Assembly: GCA_038496445.1 (NCBI GenBank)
Contig: JALMLS010000062.1
Span: forward strand, 124,001-188,000
DNA from: Trichosphaerium sp. ATCC 40318
Taxonomy: Eukaryota > Protista > Tubulinea
Length of the DNA: 64,000 nucleotides
Direction of reading: 5' to 3'
The notes under the pieces are model-generated. The model worked only from the letters and a program-made list of their open reading frames with translations. It did not search any database and was not told the DNA's origin. This document shows positions 51,358-64,000 of the stretch, piece by piece. Both the position numbers and the translations under genes were made by a program. Within the stretch, counting starts at the first letter, position 1, and the number at the start of each line of letters is the position of its first letter.

Positions 51358-53037
51358 TTATAGCGTTATGGATGTGATTACTGCATCAAGTACTGCAACT
51401 CCTTTTGGTGTTGCACGCAAGTTTTTACCTTTCCATTCTAATAGTCCATCCTCTATACATGTTTTAACTCTTTCTTTATCTACAATATCTTCTATTGGTG
51501 TATTTGCACGCTTAGATATTTCATCAAGACAAATACCTTCCTACAAAAAAGTAAATGAGTCAAAGGTTGGATTTATGATCTTATAGTTTACCCTTATTCG
51601 GAGTCCCATCAATATTAGTTCACGGTATATATCATTAGAAGATAACTGAGTTTCTTCTGCACATGATCTTTTATTTGTTTTTTCTATGGCTTCCATCCAC
51701 CGCGAAGGAAGTCGCTCCTAAGAATAAAAATTAGAAATATAGTAACACAATATTGTAATCTTTCACAAACCTGAGAAAACGCCCATCGTTTATCGTTTAA
51801 GAAAAGTCTTGATGAAGCACCTGGTCCAATACCTACCCAATCACCTCCTTTCCAATAAACTAAGTTGTGCTTACATTCTTGTCCAGGTACAGCAAAACTA
51901 AATGAGAAAAAGTTGTAAGTTAATTTACGAAACAACATCAAGTACATACTTGCTTATTTCATATTGCTCTAAACCAAGACTTTTAGTTTCGTCCACAGCA
52001 ATATTGTATAAAGCATATCCTTTCGCTTCATCTACTTCAGTGATAGCCCCTGTCTAAAAATATCAGAAGAGACTTGCACAGCAAAAAAAAAAAGGTGTTA
52101 AACAAGTTGCTCACTTTTAACGCGTGATGAAAAGCTGTTCCAGGTTCAAACGTCAGAGAGTACAGAGACATATGTTTAGTTCCTAGTGACAAAGCTTGCC
52201 TTAATTCTTTTCTACATGGAACAAGTACGTCAACAACGAGTCTTGTTTTTCCACATCAAACAAAACGTTTACATACCTCCACTCAGTCTCTGTTTGTTCT
52301 GGCCTTCTATTATAAATCATATCGAATGATACTCTATCAAAAATACTCTGAGCAGTATCTATAGCATCAAGTGCCTCCTTTGATGTATGTTGACGACCAA
52401 GGAACTTTAAATCTTTATCATTCAAAGCTGGAAAAAATAAATCAATCAATTTAAAAAAACCTCGGCAACACTTCACTGAAGCAAGATGTTTTAATACCTT
52501 GAATACCAAGTGACACACGGTTAATCCCATGATCCTTAAAATCCTTTAATTTACTTGTTTCCACCTATTAAATGAGTGAAATTAGCGTTGACATTGCAGT
52601 TAACGACATTTGACATACTGAAGTTGGATTAGCCTCCATTGACACTTCAATGTCGTCTGCTACTTCGCATTTGCTTGATAGAGTATCCAGAATCGATGAT
52701 ACCATTTGTGGTCGCATGAGAGAGGGTGTGCCGCCGCCAAAGAAGAGCTTAAGGCATTTTTTGGTTTAAATCGTTCATGCTGGCGTTTTTACGCACAGTC
52801 TGTATCTTTGGGATGCGTTGAGTCGTTGTTTTGACATGTTCCACATAATCATCGAGCTCCTTTATAATACAAGCTTCCATACGCTCATGAGGTATTTTTT
52901 TGGTGACGTAGCGATTAAAATCGCAGTATGGGCATATTTTCTTGCAATAAGGCCTATTACTCATTAAACAATATCTTAGACGCTCGAAAAGCATACCAGT
53001 GCACATATACGCTCATATTATACATTTTAGTTAACAT
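51358..53037 (-). CDS. RSAD1: Radical SAM heme chaperone HemW/RSAD1 (HemN-like)
   Basis: SVYVHWPYCKKICPYCDFN, FFGGGTPS, EVSMEANP, RVSLGIQ, HMSLYSLT.EPGT, YEIS.FA and HNLVYW..DWVGIGPGA. Confidence 0.92.
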
Positions 53038-53359
53038 TCTGTCCAAACACCAACTGAGGCCTCAAACGCTCACCTTCTTGCGTTATTGCAGTAATATTGT
53101 AACGTAGCAGGATATACAATGTAAATAAAAGCTTTCACGTGCTATCACATTAAGATAGCAACGTTAGCCCTTAAGCCACGCAAACATAGGATAATTTTAT
53201 GCTATTATAATCTGTCAAGTATGTCTGCAGGCACGCTAAATCTGCAACAATTTGTTTTGAGAATAGCCTCCATGCTAGCGTATCCGTTAGTGGCGTTTTA
53301 AATACATGAACAGCTAAATTGTCACGTGTACATAAAAACAACTTTTTTGGCTACAACAG

Positions 53360-54342
53360 TTGTATTATTGCCTAACGGCAGGTTTAGATCAACCACCTTC
53401 AAAGCCTGGGCGTTACCTTCTCGGTGGGAGTACTAGTAGTAATCTATTAGACATACCAAAGGATATTCAACGGTATCTAGTACTTTCAATGAAGAAACGT
53501 TTTATAAGTTTCATTCACTCTCAAAACTCGCTGCAACCAACACTCACTTCAATGATAAACTCGAGAAAAATGGAGTGTGGATGGAGTGGTGCGATAGTGG
53601 TAAACTTCTATCACAATACGTTATGATTGATGGAAAGAAGAACGGAGTCTACAAAGAGTGGTATAAAAATGGACAACTTGAGGTTCAGTGCACGTATGTT
53701 GAAGATAAAGAAAACGGTGAGCTTAGACTATGGCATAAAAATGGGCAACTTCAGATGCAGTGTACAAAAGTTGATAATGAAAGTAATGGTATGCACATAG
53801 AGTGGTATGAGAATGGGCAACTCTTTAAAAATACTACTACTTTTGAAGGTAGACCTAATGGTGAGTATAATGAGTGGTACAAGAATGGACAACTTAAGAC
53901 ACAAACCATAGAAATCAATAAAAAGAAACACGGTGAATTGAAAGAGTGGCATGAGAATGGACAAATAAAACTGAAGTGTTTGTTTGTTGAAGGCAAAAAA
54001 AATGGAGAATTCAATAAGTGGTACGACAATGGACGACTGTGCATGCAGTGCATGTTTGTTGATGATAAGATAGAAGGTGAATACAAAAAGTGGCATGAAA
54101 ACGGACAACTGTGGGTTCTTTGTAACTACATATGTGGTAAGCTAAATGGCACTGGTAAAGGGTGGCATAAAAATGGACAGCGAGAAGTAAGCGTTAGTCA
54201 TGTAGACGGCAAAATAGTAGGTGAGTACAAGGAGTGGTATAATAATGGACAGCTAAAATTGGAGTGTATGTATGTTGATGGTAAAGAAAATGGTGAGGAA
54301 AAGAAGTGGTGCAGAAATGGACAACGGATGTTGTTTTGGTAA
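53360..54342 (+). pseudogene. F-box-like + MORN-variant repeat gene with a 1-nt frameshift at ~53480
   Basis: NLLDIPKDIQRYL lies in one frame. The continuation homologous to the 21302 gene (TFNEETFYKFHSLSKLAATNTHF) lies in the frame of ORF 53575-54342. No in-frame ATG is evident upstream. Confidence 0.7.
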
Positions 54343-54614
54343 AATGCTAGAAAAAAATGAGAAACTCTTTAAGCGTCAGTTTGTTAGCAAATTACAAGAG
54401 TGACTGATCTCAAATATGGACAAATCCGAGAGCTTTAGAAGAAAAAAAAAGCCAGCTGTGCTCACTCTCAACAAAGTACAGGCTACTAAGAATAAAAATA
54501 AATTTCGAAAAAAAAACTGGTTTTTTTTACTTTGGAGTGCGTCACATGATTTCAACATTGTAACTGTTTATTATTGAACAACATATTTGAATTGTTACAT
54601 GCGCAGGAGTACTC

Positions 54615-55600
54615 TTAATAAGAAAAGAAAGTGCTCCAAATATCGGACTTCGACTTGCTTTCTGCTTTTCTTTTTTCTTTTTTCTCCATTTGTTCTTTTT
54701 TTCTTGCTGCTAAAAGCAAATTACGTACCTTGTTTTCTTTACAATACAAGTCTTGTAATTCAAAAGCGCGTCTTATTTCACCACCTAAAAACAATATCAG
54801 AAACGGTCTACAGGTAGATAGATCTAAGCACTCCAGTGCGTCTTTGTTGGGATCTTCGTTGAATACAAGAAGTACGTACCGTGGTAAACATCAACTGACA
54901 CCCCAAGGCTGTGTAAGTTCTCATATGCTTTATTAAGAATCAAGATATTTTCAAGTATCTTCTCCTTATCATGACGATCTGGTTCTTCAACAACAAGTTC
55001 AGCTATCTTTTTAAGAAACCCCTGAATCACTTTGAAATTATGCCTAAAAATAGTCAGTCAACTAACACTATCGTATGAACACTAACTCCACTCAAAGTAG
55101 TAGCATGCTTTCAATGGTCGAAAATAAGAGGAATTTAGAGGCAGGGTTTAATGCCAAAGAAAATCTTGGCAAAAATAGATTGATTGATAGATTGATACTT
55201 ACACGAAACAAGCAAGCGGTTCTTTTGTCTCTTCAGCGTCTCCAAACATTCTATACTTTACCGCAACAGATAACATCTCTTCATTGAGTCTACAGCAATC
55301 CTGATAATCGCTACATACATACAAGACTTTATCGTTAAAAATATCTTGAATCCTTTTTAAACAAGTTGCTGGAGAATTACACTTCCAAGCGTTGATTGTC
55401 TTCCAAGCAACTTCAACATGCGGTTTAAGTTCTACTTGAACCACCACAGGCGAATTTATAGGTGTATTAGGTGTTGCAATGAGGTTGTATTCGTGTTTTC
55501 TTGTTAACGGCTTCAAAGCTGTCTCTTGAAGGTATTGGATAATCTCTGTATTCGTTTGTGATATCGATCTTATGAGTTCGAGAGATGCTTCTGTGTTCAT
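54615..55600 (-). CDS. Hypothetical protein, multi-exon
   Basis: Successive protein-like exons (55199-55600, 54824-55030) and a basic C-terminal exon ending DIWSTFFSY*. Internal splicing is not fully resolved. Confidence 0.5.
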
Positions 55601-55959
55601 GGTGGAAAGGTAAATATGATTTGAAAGAAATCAATCAAGAAAAAAGAGATTTGATTGAAAAACGTTTTTTGCCGCAAAAAAAAAATCAGTCAAATCCTGG
55701 TGTCAATGATAAACTTGTGTACAAAATTATGTTCACGTTCCTCCAGAATATTCAAAATAAACCAACATATCCAGTGTATTTGGTGAAGGCGTGGTGGGCA
55801 GCATTTTATTGTACATGTTTTGACTTTTGCTTATGATTGTTACAAGAAAATTAACGAAAAGCGATACTTGGTACAAATGTAGTGTTTTATGAAGGAAAAC
55901 CGTCTTTGCATCAATCAACATCTTGCGTCAAATAAACATACTGTAAACTGATTTGAGCC

Positions 55960-56180
55960 TCATCTACAAAATGTCAACAAAAATTGCAGGTTGATGCTCA
56001 CTTTGACTCCTTCATCAGTTATTTGTTCACAACTACACGGACAAATATTGTATACACCTGATAAAGCCTTTAATCCTTCATCTGTTACTTTTGTGGATAT
56101 TAATCTAATAGTATGTACACCAGCCACCGCTTTCAAGCCTTCAGTCACACGTGTATGTGATAAATCTATAGTGTGCACAA
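55960..56180 (-). pseudogene. Isolated fragment of the LRR family seen at 1-806
   Basis: About three repeats (VHTIDLSHTRVT-EGLKAVAGVHTIRLISTKVTDEGLKALSGV) with no F-box or start, and one repeat lacking its Asp. Confidence 0.7.
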
Positions 56181-56328
56181 CAGTACCAACCCGATCCGAA
56201 TCATACGCGAGTATGTCTTATATAACCATGGTTGTGGGTACATTATTTTCAACAAATTTAGACAACACTCGGGACTCAAACTTTTCGATATTTAATTACA
56301 ATACAACATGACACTTTTTTTTTTACAT

Positions 56329-58750
56329 TTACATTTGACTAAAATCAGTTTGACTGAAGTTTACCTCATGAGCTGATAAATCATTCAAATTAACTAAAAC
56401 AATAGATCCTGATTTACTGAACTCTGGTACACGTATCAGACGAACACGTTGACCATCTTGTCCTATTTTTAAAGTAAGTAAGCACAAAGTAAAAAACATA
56501 ATCAGAAAAAAAAACGCTAAAAAAACTTCCAAGACTCGTACCTGTGACTATTCGCGTCTCGAATTTATCAGCACAGCCTTCAAAATACACATGAGGTGTT
56601 TTCTCAATGATAAAAGGATCAGAATCTTGGAATGGAAAGCATCCTATAAAAGCAATGAGTAAAGAAGAAAAAGTTGAAAATGAAAAAAATCATTTTTTGG
56701 TTGTACCTAATGTATCAGGCGCTGTAGGCGCAACATGTCTCCATTTAAGTGTCTCATCCATTAGTTCCAAACGGTCTGGTATATCTAGGTACTTTTCGAC
56801 ATCAGAAAGTGGTTGTCCAGAGTTTCCGTGAATCCTGAAACGGACAGTATTAGAATTAAAAAAGACAACAATAAAAAATTGCGCGACGAAATGACATACA
56901 ATACGCCATCAATTGTTGTTTCGTAAGGGTTGGTAACTGAGGTGAGCTGTTTTACTTTATTACCCCAAGGGAATAAACAGCGGCTGAGCGGTTGCTGTGG
57001 TAAATTATAGTTGCCAGCGTCTTTCTCTCCGGCCATCTAATTCGATTGTTAATTTTATGGATCGTTCAGAAAAAATGCTTTTCTGTTTTGAGGTACAAGC
57101 TCCTACGTACTATGTCGACAGGTAATGAAGCAGCCATTTCAGAAAGGGTTAGATCTAGTATACGTGTAGGAGAAGCAAATTGTTCTCTGTCTCTAAAAAG
57201 TTGTTATTACGAGAAAGGTAAGAAGAAGCTTAATTTGATCTTTCTTGACCTGTTCTTACCTTTGTGTGATTTGTTCGTGTGAGTTTAGTTTATGACCTAT
57301 TTCTGATTCTTCTGAAGAACATGTTAGGTTACCAGCGATTATCATATGGACAATAACACTCTGTAATTGATGTTCCTAGTAATAAAAATAAGCAAATGCT
57401 TTCACCAACATTGAAAATAAAAAAAGCAAGAAAAGAAGGCAGCAATAGGCAAGCTTGATTACATTGTCACTAGAATAAAATAATAATTTTATAACGTTAA
57501 CATCAACTCTAGGATGTTCCAAATTTACAATTAGTTTACACGTCATAACGACACTCTCGTTGAAAACGAATAGGACTCCAAAAAAAAAAGGTAAAAAAAT
57601 GTCAACATACCTTTTCACTTCCAACATGACCAGCAACGTAGTCCGCCATAATGTTCAATAAAATAGGACTTGTACTTGGAGCACCAACATTAAGACCAGA
57701 CGTTAAACAAACAAAACGTGGAGCATCACCTTTGGGAAAAACGTTAATAAAACAAAACAAAACAAATTTAAACAAGCAGAAAAAAAAAATTGCTTACGCT
57801 TTTGTGGGAGTGGTGGTTGTGGAGCGTATCCAGGTTTGATAATCTCATATACTTCAAATGCGCCTTCATCGTTTCTAACACCACGGACTGCAATTACCAT
57901 ACCTGTGGAAGTGCATCAGGACCAAAAACAATTTTTTTAAATTGAAATGAAAAAAAAGTACCTGTCACTAACAGTTTGGCGTCAGCAACATCTCCAACAA
58001 GTTTGATGCGGCTGGATCCATCCTCGAGTACAACTGTGTCTTCTTCACTTACATAGCTCTTTTGTTGTGGTACAGGAACCAACGCACGCTACACAGACGT
58101 TAGTAAAACACGTAACTGTCATTTTGTTGAATAAAAACCGACAATTTAGCAGAAACAGTACAACGCGGATGGTAATGGATCGCGTACCTCTTTGGCGTAG
58201 ATTTTGAGCGTATTTGGCTTCAGTGGCATCTGTTTGTAGACAGTACCAGCTACAATACAAGGACCATCGCAAGTTGACACGTCATTGATCGTTTTAGCGA
58301 CTACGGGTTCGCCTAGTAATCGTTGGTTAGAAGCAGATTTAAAAAACGAAGAAATGTTTTGTAGTTTTGGCGGTATACCTTCTTCTTGGTTTTTCCAGCT
58401 CTCACAAGCGCGTTCGAGCGCAATGGGGCCTAAAGTATCGAGACGGTGCGAATAAATTTCAAAGTATTGCTGAGCCCTTTTAACGGCATTATTACTCGTT
58501 CAAATAGTGTCTTCATACCTTTTATTGCGTTGTTTGAAGCGTTCTTCGCGATTTACATTTACGTTATCTCTGAACATCGAATGGGCATTTTTCGCTTCTT
58601 TATCGATAGCAAAATCACTAGAACAAAGCCCAGCGAATTCTCCTTCTCTTTAGAACCCAATTAGAAATAACGGCTACTTGAAAACTAGGTGTACTGTAGA
58701 AATCTCTCAACCACTTTATGTGCAGGTTCTACGTTATATTCTACCTCCAT
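56329..58750 (-). CDS. POLD2: DNA polymerase delta small subunit
   Basis: QQYFEIYSHRL, IVAGTVYKQMPLKP, LEDGSSRIKL, VCLTSGL, MIIAGN, MAGEKDAGNYNLPQQPL, VTNPY, GNSGQP, WRHVAPTAPDTL, DPFII..PHVYF.G and LIRVPEFS. Confidence 0.93.
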
Positions 58751-59039
58751 TATTATTGATTTGAAGTGATTGTAAAATGAACGTGAAAACTTAATCAAAG
58801 TCATTAAGACAGCACAACCAAAACGTTTTAGTTTGTCTTGAATGGAACAATAAGAACTGTTAATTTCTGCTCAGACCAGTTTGATTGATTTGGTTTTTCA
58901 GTAGTCTTGGCGTACTTTTGTTTTTATTATTTCGGCGTATACGTTATCAATGTAACGCATGTGCGCCTACAGGTAGCTTGGCTACAATAATTAATTTGTT
59001 TGTGTAGTTTTACATTAAAAATACAAGTGGTGCTAACTA

Positions 59040-60130
59040 GACCGCAATTTCGGCGTCCAGATAAGTGTGGTTGGTGTTTTGTTGTTTTTTAGCACTCTAC
59101 AAACTCACGTTTGCGTTGTACTATAATGAGTTCGAGGTGCCTCCAATCGATCAATGTCAGTGAGCAGATACGCAAGCGATAGTTTTGTGACTAGTTCTGG
59201 GTTTGTAGACGCCTTCTTCAACGGTTTTTTTTTCGTAGTTTTACCAACGCTACGCGACCTGACTTTTCTCCGACCTTTTGCAGCTACTAGTTCATCCAAG
59301 TAATCCCAAAATTGCACTAAATCCTCGTCCATTTGTGCACTACTCGACAATGGTTTACTTTTCGCTTTTTTTTTTGTAGTACCAATAGGCATTGCGCGTG
59401 GACTATACAATAAAGTAAGAAAACCTGTTCGATTAGGAAAGAAATACAATTAAAAAAAAAGTTGTCAACTCCTCGTAATGTTACGTAATTGTACCTTATC
59501 ATAGACATGCTTCTACTCTTACGTCTACTATGTCCTTTTACAAGGTGCGAACGAAGTCGCTTTAGGTTTTTTGTTACCTTTCGTAGCTTCTCGACTCTAA
59601 TATCGATATGCAGGTGCATCTCTTTGTGTATCCGCGATACGTCGAATGTGTGACGACGTTTTGTTGAAAAGTTATGTACAATGGGAGACAAAGTGACAGT
59701 GTACTCTGCGTTCTAAAAGGAAATGTGAGCTGTTTGATGCAATTAGGGTTAAAAAAAGAATACTTACTGGTGAAGAGCAAACCAAGTTACCAGCTGACTT
59801 CTCAGGCCAGTAAACGTTTTCAAAGAGGTGCTGGTTCTCGTTTGTTTTAGTAACCCAATAACGCGTTTCTATTTGAACAATAAGTTACTGTGAGCGCTTG
59901 CAACCACAAGTAATCGGTTGTTTTACGTTACTACAAAATAAAAAGCAAAAACTACAAATAAAAGCAAAACTAAACGAATTTGCATGTCTGTTATCGTACC
60001 ACCAACATCTAGGCGAAATTCATAACCGGAGTTCCATTTAAAATCAACGTTTTCGCAAAGAAATTTAGGAACCTCTCCTTCTTCTAGTCTAGAATATAGG
60101 CTAGATACATGTATGTTACAATACATCTTA
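59040..60130 (-). CDS. Hypothetical basic protein, boundaries uncertain
   Basis: Protein-like minus-strand ORFs 59923-60126, 59317-59691 and 59105-59449 are separated by intron-like gaps. Confidence 0.4.
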
Positions 60131-60504
60131 ACGGGCTAGCAAAGCTTGCCACACCTCACGCTCAAGCTGAAATTGCACAATAGGAAGATGCATTGACCAG
60201 AAAGGAACAGCTAATAGCTATCACTGTAAACGTACTTCTAGCTAAAGTAACCCATTCAAGGCACTGTATTGGTATTACAGAAAAAACTTGTTGTTTTTCA
60301 GTTATTGTACAGCTCATTAGTATAGGCAATCATTATCACATACAGTATAACCTTTAAATAGTAACGCGTTTTCTCGCAAAGGGAAGCTTGAGAAGTCAGT
60401 TCAGGGCGAGAAAGGTAGGTTGTTCTTTTTTTTTCTGATCTTATTTGTTTCAATCAGAAAACAAAAGTGACATAAGTACAATAATACGATGATTACAAGC
60501 TATG

Positions 60505-62377
60505 TTATTTATTCATCTCCTTGTCGTATTTCTTCATTACACTAAAAGAGACGAATTAGTAAGATGACGTTATCTACTAGGAAGTCAAGTATTGCGCCAT
60601 GAATATGTCCACAATCGAAAAAAGAAGAAAAACGAACCTCGTAAGTGACTGTCCACTACGTTTGACCAGTACTATGGAAAGTACTAATACCACTATTATG
60701 GCTACACAGATAATCGGCACTGATATAGCAATTGCCAATGGGAACGAGTTGGATTGACAAACGTCTGATACACTGAACACAACAGATAACTTGCCATCAT
60801 CGTTCTCTTGTGAGTATGAGACAGTTTGACAGTCATTATCGTCAAACGGCACATCCACATCAACCTCGAAATCCTCTTCACAAAGAGTGTCGTTTACTGT
60901 CAAGAAGTGAATCTTTGTATTACCAACTTCCAGTTCTCTACTAAGATTGATTGTGATGTTTGTGGAGACAACACAACCTGGAAAACATTAGCTATTGGTT
61001 TGAAGTAAAAGCCTCACTCTCAAGTGTTACTATAGGTACGTGGCCTGTGGTAATATCTTGAACCAATAAAACAGATGGTCCTGTAAGTGATACCACACCA
61101 ATATCTTGAATTACAATAAGAGTACCTACAGCTAACTTAATATCAGCGCAATCTAACTTACGGTACCATCAACACAGTTTGCTTGTATTTGTGTGTTTCT
61201 ACAACTACTGGGTATAACTGGTTGAATTGTAGTTACGGGAGAATATGTAGGTGGTAATGTTGATGGAGGAAATTGCGCATTTGTAGGTGTTGATACAAAC
61301 ACTGGAGCGTTTGTTGGTGGTAGTGTTGGAGGCGGAACTGGAGCATTTGTAGGTGTTGATACAAATACTGGAGCGCTTGTTGGTGGTTGTGTTGGAGGTG
61401 GGACCGGAGCATTTGTAGGTGGTAGTGTTGGCGGTATAGGTTCAAGTCGCTTAAGCATATTTTCAACAAAGATCCCATCTGCAGGAGTAAAATGGCTGTT
61501 TCGTAGAAATCCATGATCTCCAAGAGCAACAAAAGATCCCAATCCTAATATATTTATGTGACGATAAATGAAATTGTTTACTTTTTAAAACAAGCTTACC
61601 GTAAGTGACTTCAATGATAACATTGTAAGTTTGGTTGTTATATTGTAGTGTGCCAAGTACACTTACATCGGATTGCTTTGGAAAGAAGTACCCAAACTTA
61701 TTGAAAAAGTCTATTGTTGGTGTAGTAGACACTTCCTAAACAATGTTTTATTGTAGTGTTTGTACTTGTGTTGTACATGTAAAATATTTCTGTTGGGATC
61801 CACAATTCCAAATTCGAACGTATCTACAAAGAAGATTGTAAGATAAAACCAAAAAATATATGAGCTGAAATACAGAACAATCACGTGATTGATTGAAACT
61901 TATTCTTTTTAAAAGAGTTTACCGAAAGTATTACAGAGTGTATTAATGAGCTCACAAGCAATAATAGCTTTTCCACCTAAATCGTGCTGTAAACAACTTA
62001 ATTTGCTTTGTTAAAATGATGTACCTCTCGCTATAAACTCTAGAAACGCTACTTCTTCGCCTTGTAGGTAGTCAAACGCAAATGGAGCAAATACCTCGTC
62101 TATCGGCATATTTGCTATAAGGCTCTGTTGAGGTGTAAGTAGCACTCTACGGGCTTATAAAGTACTTGATGCTGTGGGACACGCCAAGAAATATTGCTAT
62201 CGTCCAAATATTGCTGGAAATCACTATAATAGGCAGTGTTGCCTAGGGTAAAGGTGCCTCTTTTACAATTTGAGAATAGCTCTCTGTAACTTTTATTGGG
62301 TACCTCGTGTTAGTGTAGACAACGACACCTCCCGCAATAAGATAAAACCAAAATAGAACCAAAAGAAGAGCGTTCAT
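60505..62377 (-). CDS. Type I surface protein: signal peptide, GIFT/class-I-GATase-like domain, Pro/Thr mucin stalk, beta-rich domain, TM
   Basis: EEVAFLEFIAR/GGKAIIACE and GSFVALGDHGFLRN..DGIFVENML patterns; PPTLPPTNAP repeats with a 66-nt period at ~61280-61420; TM LAIAISVPIICVAIIVVLVL. Confidence 0.7.
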
Positions 62378-63045
62378 GACAGCGTTTGGTAGATATTTTA
62401 AAAACGTGCACAACTCACAGCGACTTTGTAGAAAAACATATTGCTTTTTTATCTGTACTACACACGTGGTTATTAATAATAGGGCGAGAAAACGATATAA
62501 AAATCGATTTGTACACGAACTGATCATTTCTCAATAGTATCACCTATTTAATGTTTACTTTACAGGCAATTGCGGGTCATGAAGATAAAAAACTGTTTTA
62601 TTAAATAGTCCAAAAAGGAGTAATAAAAAAGATTGGTGTTAGTGTATGTGATTAAAACTACAGAGATAGTACACCTGAGTTATCTAAAGTACGTTTATGC
62701 TTTTTTTTGACACATACGTGAGAGATAAATTCAGTTGAGATATTTTTATTTTTTCCATCTTTGTAGTGGTTTTGTAAAATTACCTATTCGTTCGTTTATC
62801 ACATCCTATGAGCAATACGAGGGAAATTGACAACTATGAAAGGGACGAAAAAAACCGTTTCTTCTACATAGATACATGTATGTAGGTTTATACTAGGATC
62901 CATTGGAGTCTCAACATGTTTAGTCATAATGTTGTCACACTTGTTTTAGAGGATTGTGTACTGAGATTACAATGTCCAAGTTTTGACTGAACTGTTTCAA
63001 GCAACACGCAGCATTGAAAACGATATATATTTTTTACAATCATTG

Positions 63046-64000
63046 TTATGGCTTGGGAGGTTCTGGTATTACTTTACCGCGCGGCCTTACAGCACTCTTA
63101 GACAAAAGTTAGTACAAAGGAAAATGGCAAGAAAATTGTGAGAAAACGAACCCAAGAGGCAAATGGAAATACACGGTCGCGTATTGGTTTTACAAAAACG
63201 ACAAGAACTATTACTGTGAACACAACGATTGTAAGAACAATGGGTACTGATATAACCAATGCCATTGGAAATGAAGCAGAGTTACAAACGTCTGATACAC
63301 TAAATACCACAGACAACTCTCCGCCATTGTTCTCTTGCGATTGAGAAATATGTCGGCAGTCATTATCGTCAAACGGTATATCCACATCAACCTTGAAATC
63401 CTCGTCACAAAGAGTGTTGTTTACTGTCAAGAAGTGTATCTTTGTATAGCCAACGTCCGGTTCTTTTTTAAACTCGATTGTGATGTTTGTGGAGACCATA
63501 CAACCTGCGAACTACATTAGAACTAATAGAGCTTATCAAAAAAAACTGGGACTCACCATAAATTGTGACTACAGGTACGTGCTCTGTAGTGTTATGTTGT
63601 ACCAACACAATATGAGGCCCATCAAGTGATACTAAAACTACGTCTTCAAAAATAAAAAGGCGACCTACATTAAAGTGAGTTATCTCCCGCAACGTTTCTA
63701 TTACCATCAACACAAATCGCTTGTGTTGGTATGTCTCCACAACTACTTGTAGGTGGTACAGTCGTAGGCACAGATGTTGGAGGAATAGGTGTAGGTAATG
63801 TTGACGGATGGATTGGTGTTGGAGGAATAGATGTAGGTGGCAGTGTTGATGGCGGTATAGGGTCAAGTCGTTTAAGCATATTTTCAACAAAGATCCCATC
63901 TGCAAGAGTAAAATGGCTGTTTCGTAGAAATCCTAGATCTCCAAGAGCAATAAAAGATCCCAATCCTAAATATTTAGACGATAAATGAAATTGTTTACTT
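63046..64000 (-). CDS. Tandem paralog of the 60505-62377 surface protein (5' part outside the window)
   Basis: GSFIALGDLGFLRNSHF..ENMLKRL, a shorter P/T stalk, shared DVDIPFDDNDC..LSVVFSVSDVC, a TM and IRDRVFPF. Confidence 0.8.

Noticed and set aside
21470-54108. Long antisense ORFs over MORN repeats and Pro/Thr stalks (e.g. 21470-21919, 28307-28777, 36675-37013, 53728-54108)
   Set aside because: They are shadows of repetitive sense-strand coding sequence.
54615-55030. Weak resemblance of LGGEI to adaptor-complex sigma subunits
   Set aside because: The surrounding splice frames do not reproduce the rest of the motif.
1-64000. tRNA, rRNA, telomeric repeats, autonomous transposons or viral core genes
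   Set aside because: I recognised none by eye; covariance-model and HMM scans would be needed to exclude small RNAs.

Overview
This is AT-rich, gene-dense eukaryotic nuclear DNA with many short (mostly ~40-70 nt) spliceosomal introns. Donors are typically GTACGT/GTAAGT and the genetic code is standard. Gene content suggests a free-living amoeboid protist (inference). Because of the introns the ORF track shows only fragments, so I spliced the genes by hand; some exon boundaries are approximate. Recognisable genes are Ric-8, a GH79 heparanase-like hydrolase, a DUF4091/GH123-like hydrolase, beta-ureidopropionase, a DENN protein, a RimK-like ATP-grasp ligase, a deiodinase-like protein, a GT7-like glycosyltransferase, a PX protein, HemW/RSAD1 and POLD2. 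The accessory content is more notable: (i) a five-copy, partly inverted, mosaic cassette of putative GPI-anchored surface proteins with variable loops (34.1-44.7 kb); (ii) a dispersed set of F-box + repeat genes (MORN-like, LRR, SPRY) with intact, frameshifted and decayed copies; (iii) unusual fusions: class IV sirtuin-Kelch, 4TM-degenerate ADP-ribosyltransferase and 7TM-DUF4395; (iv) a MITE-like inverted-repeat element; (v) strong over-representation of CACGTG and three introns that appear to need a GCACGT (GC-AG) donor.
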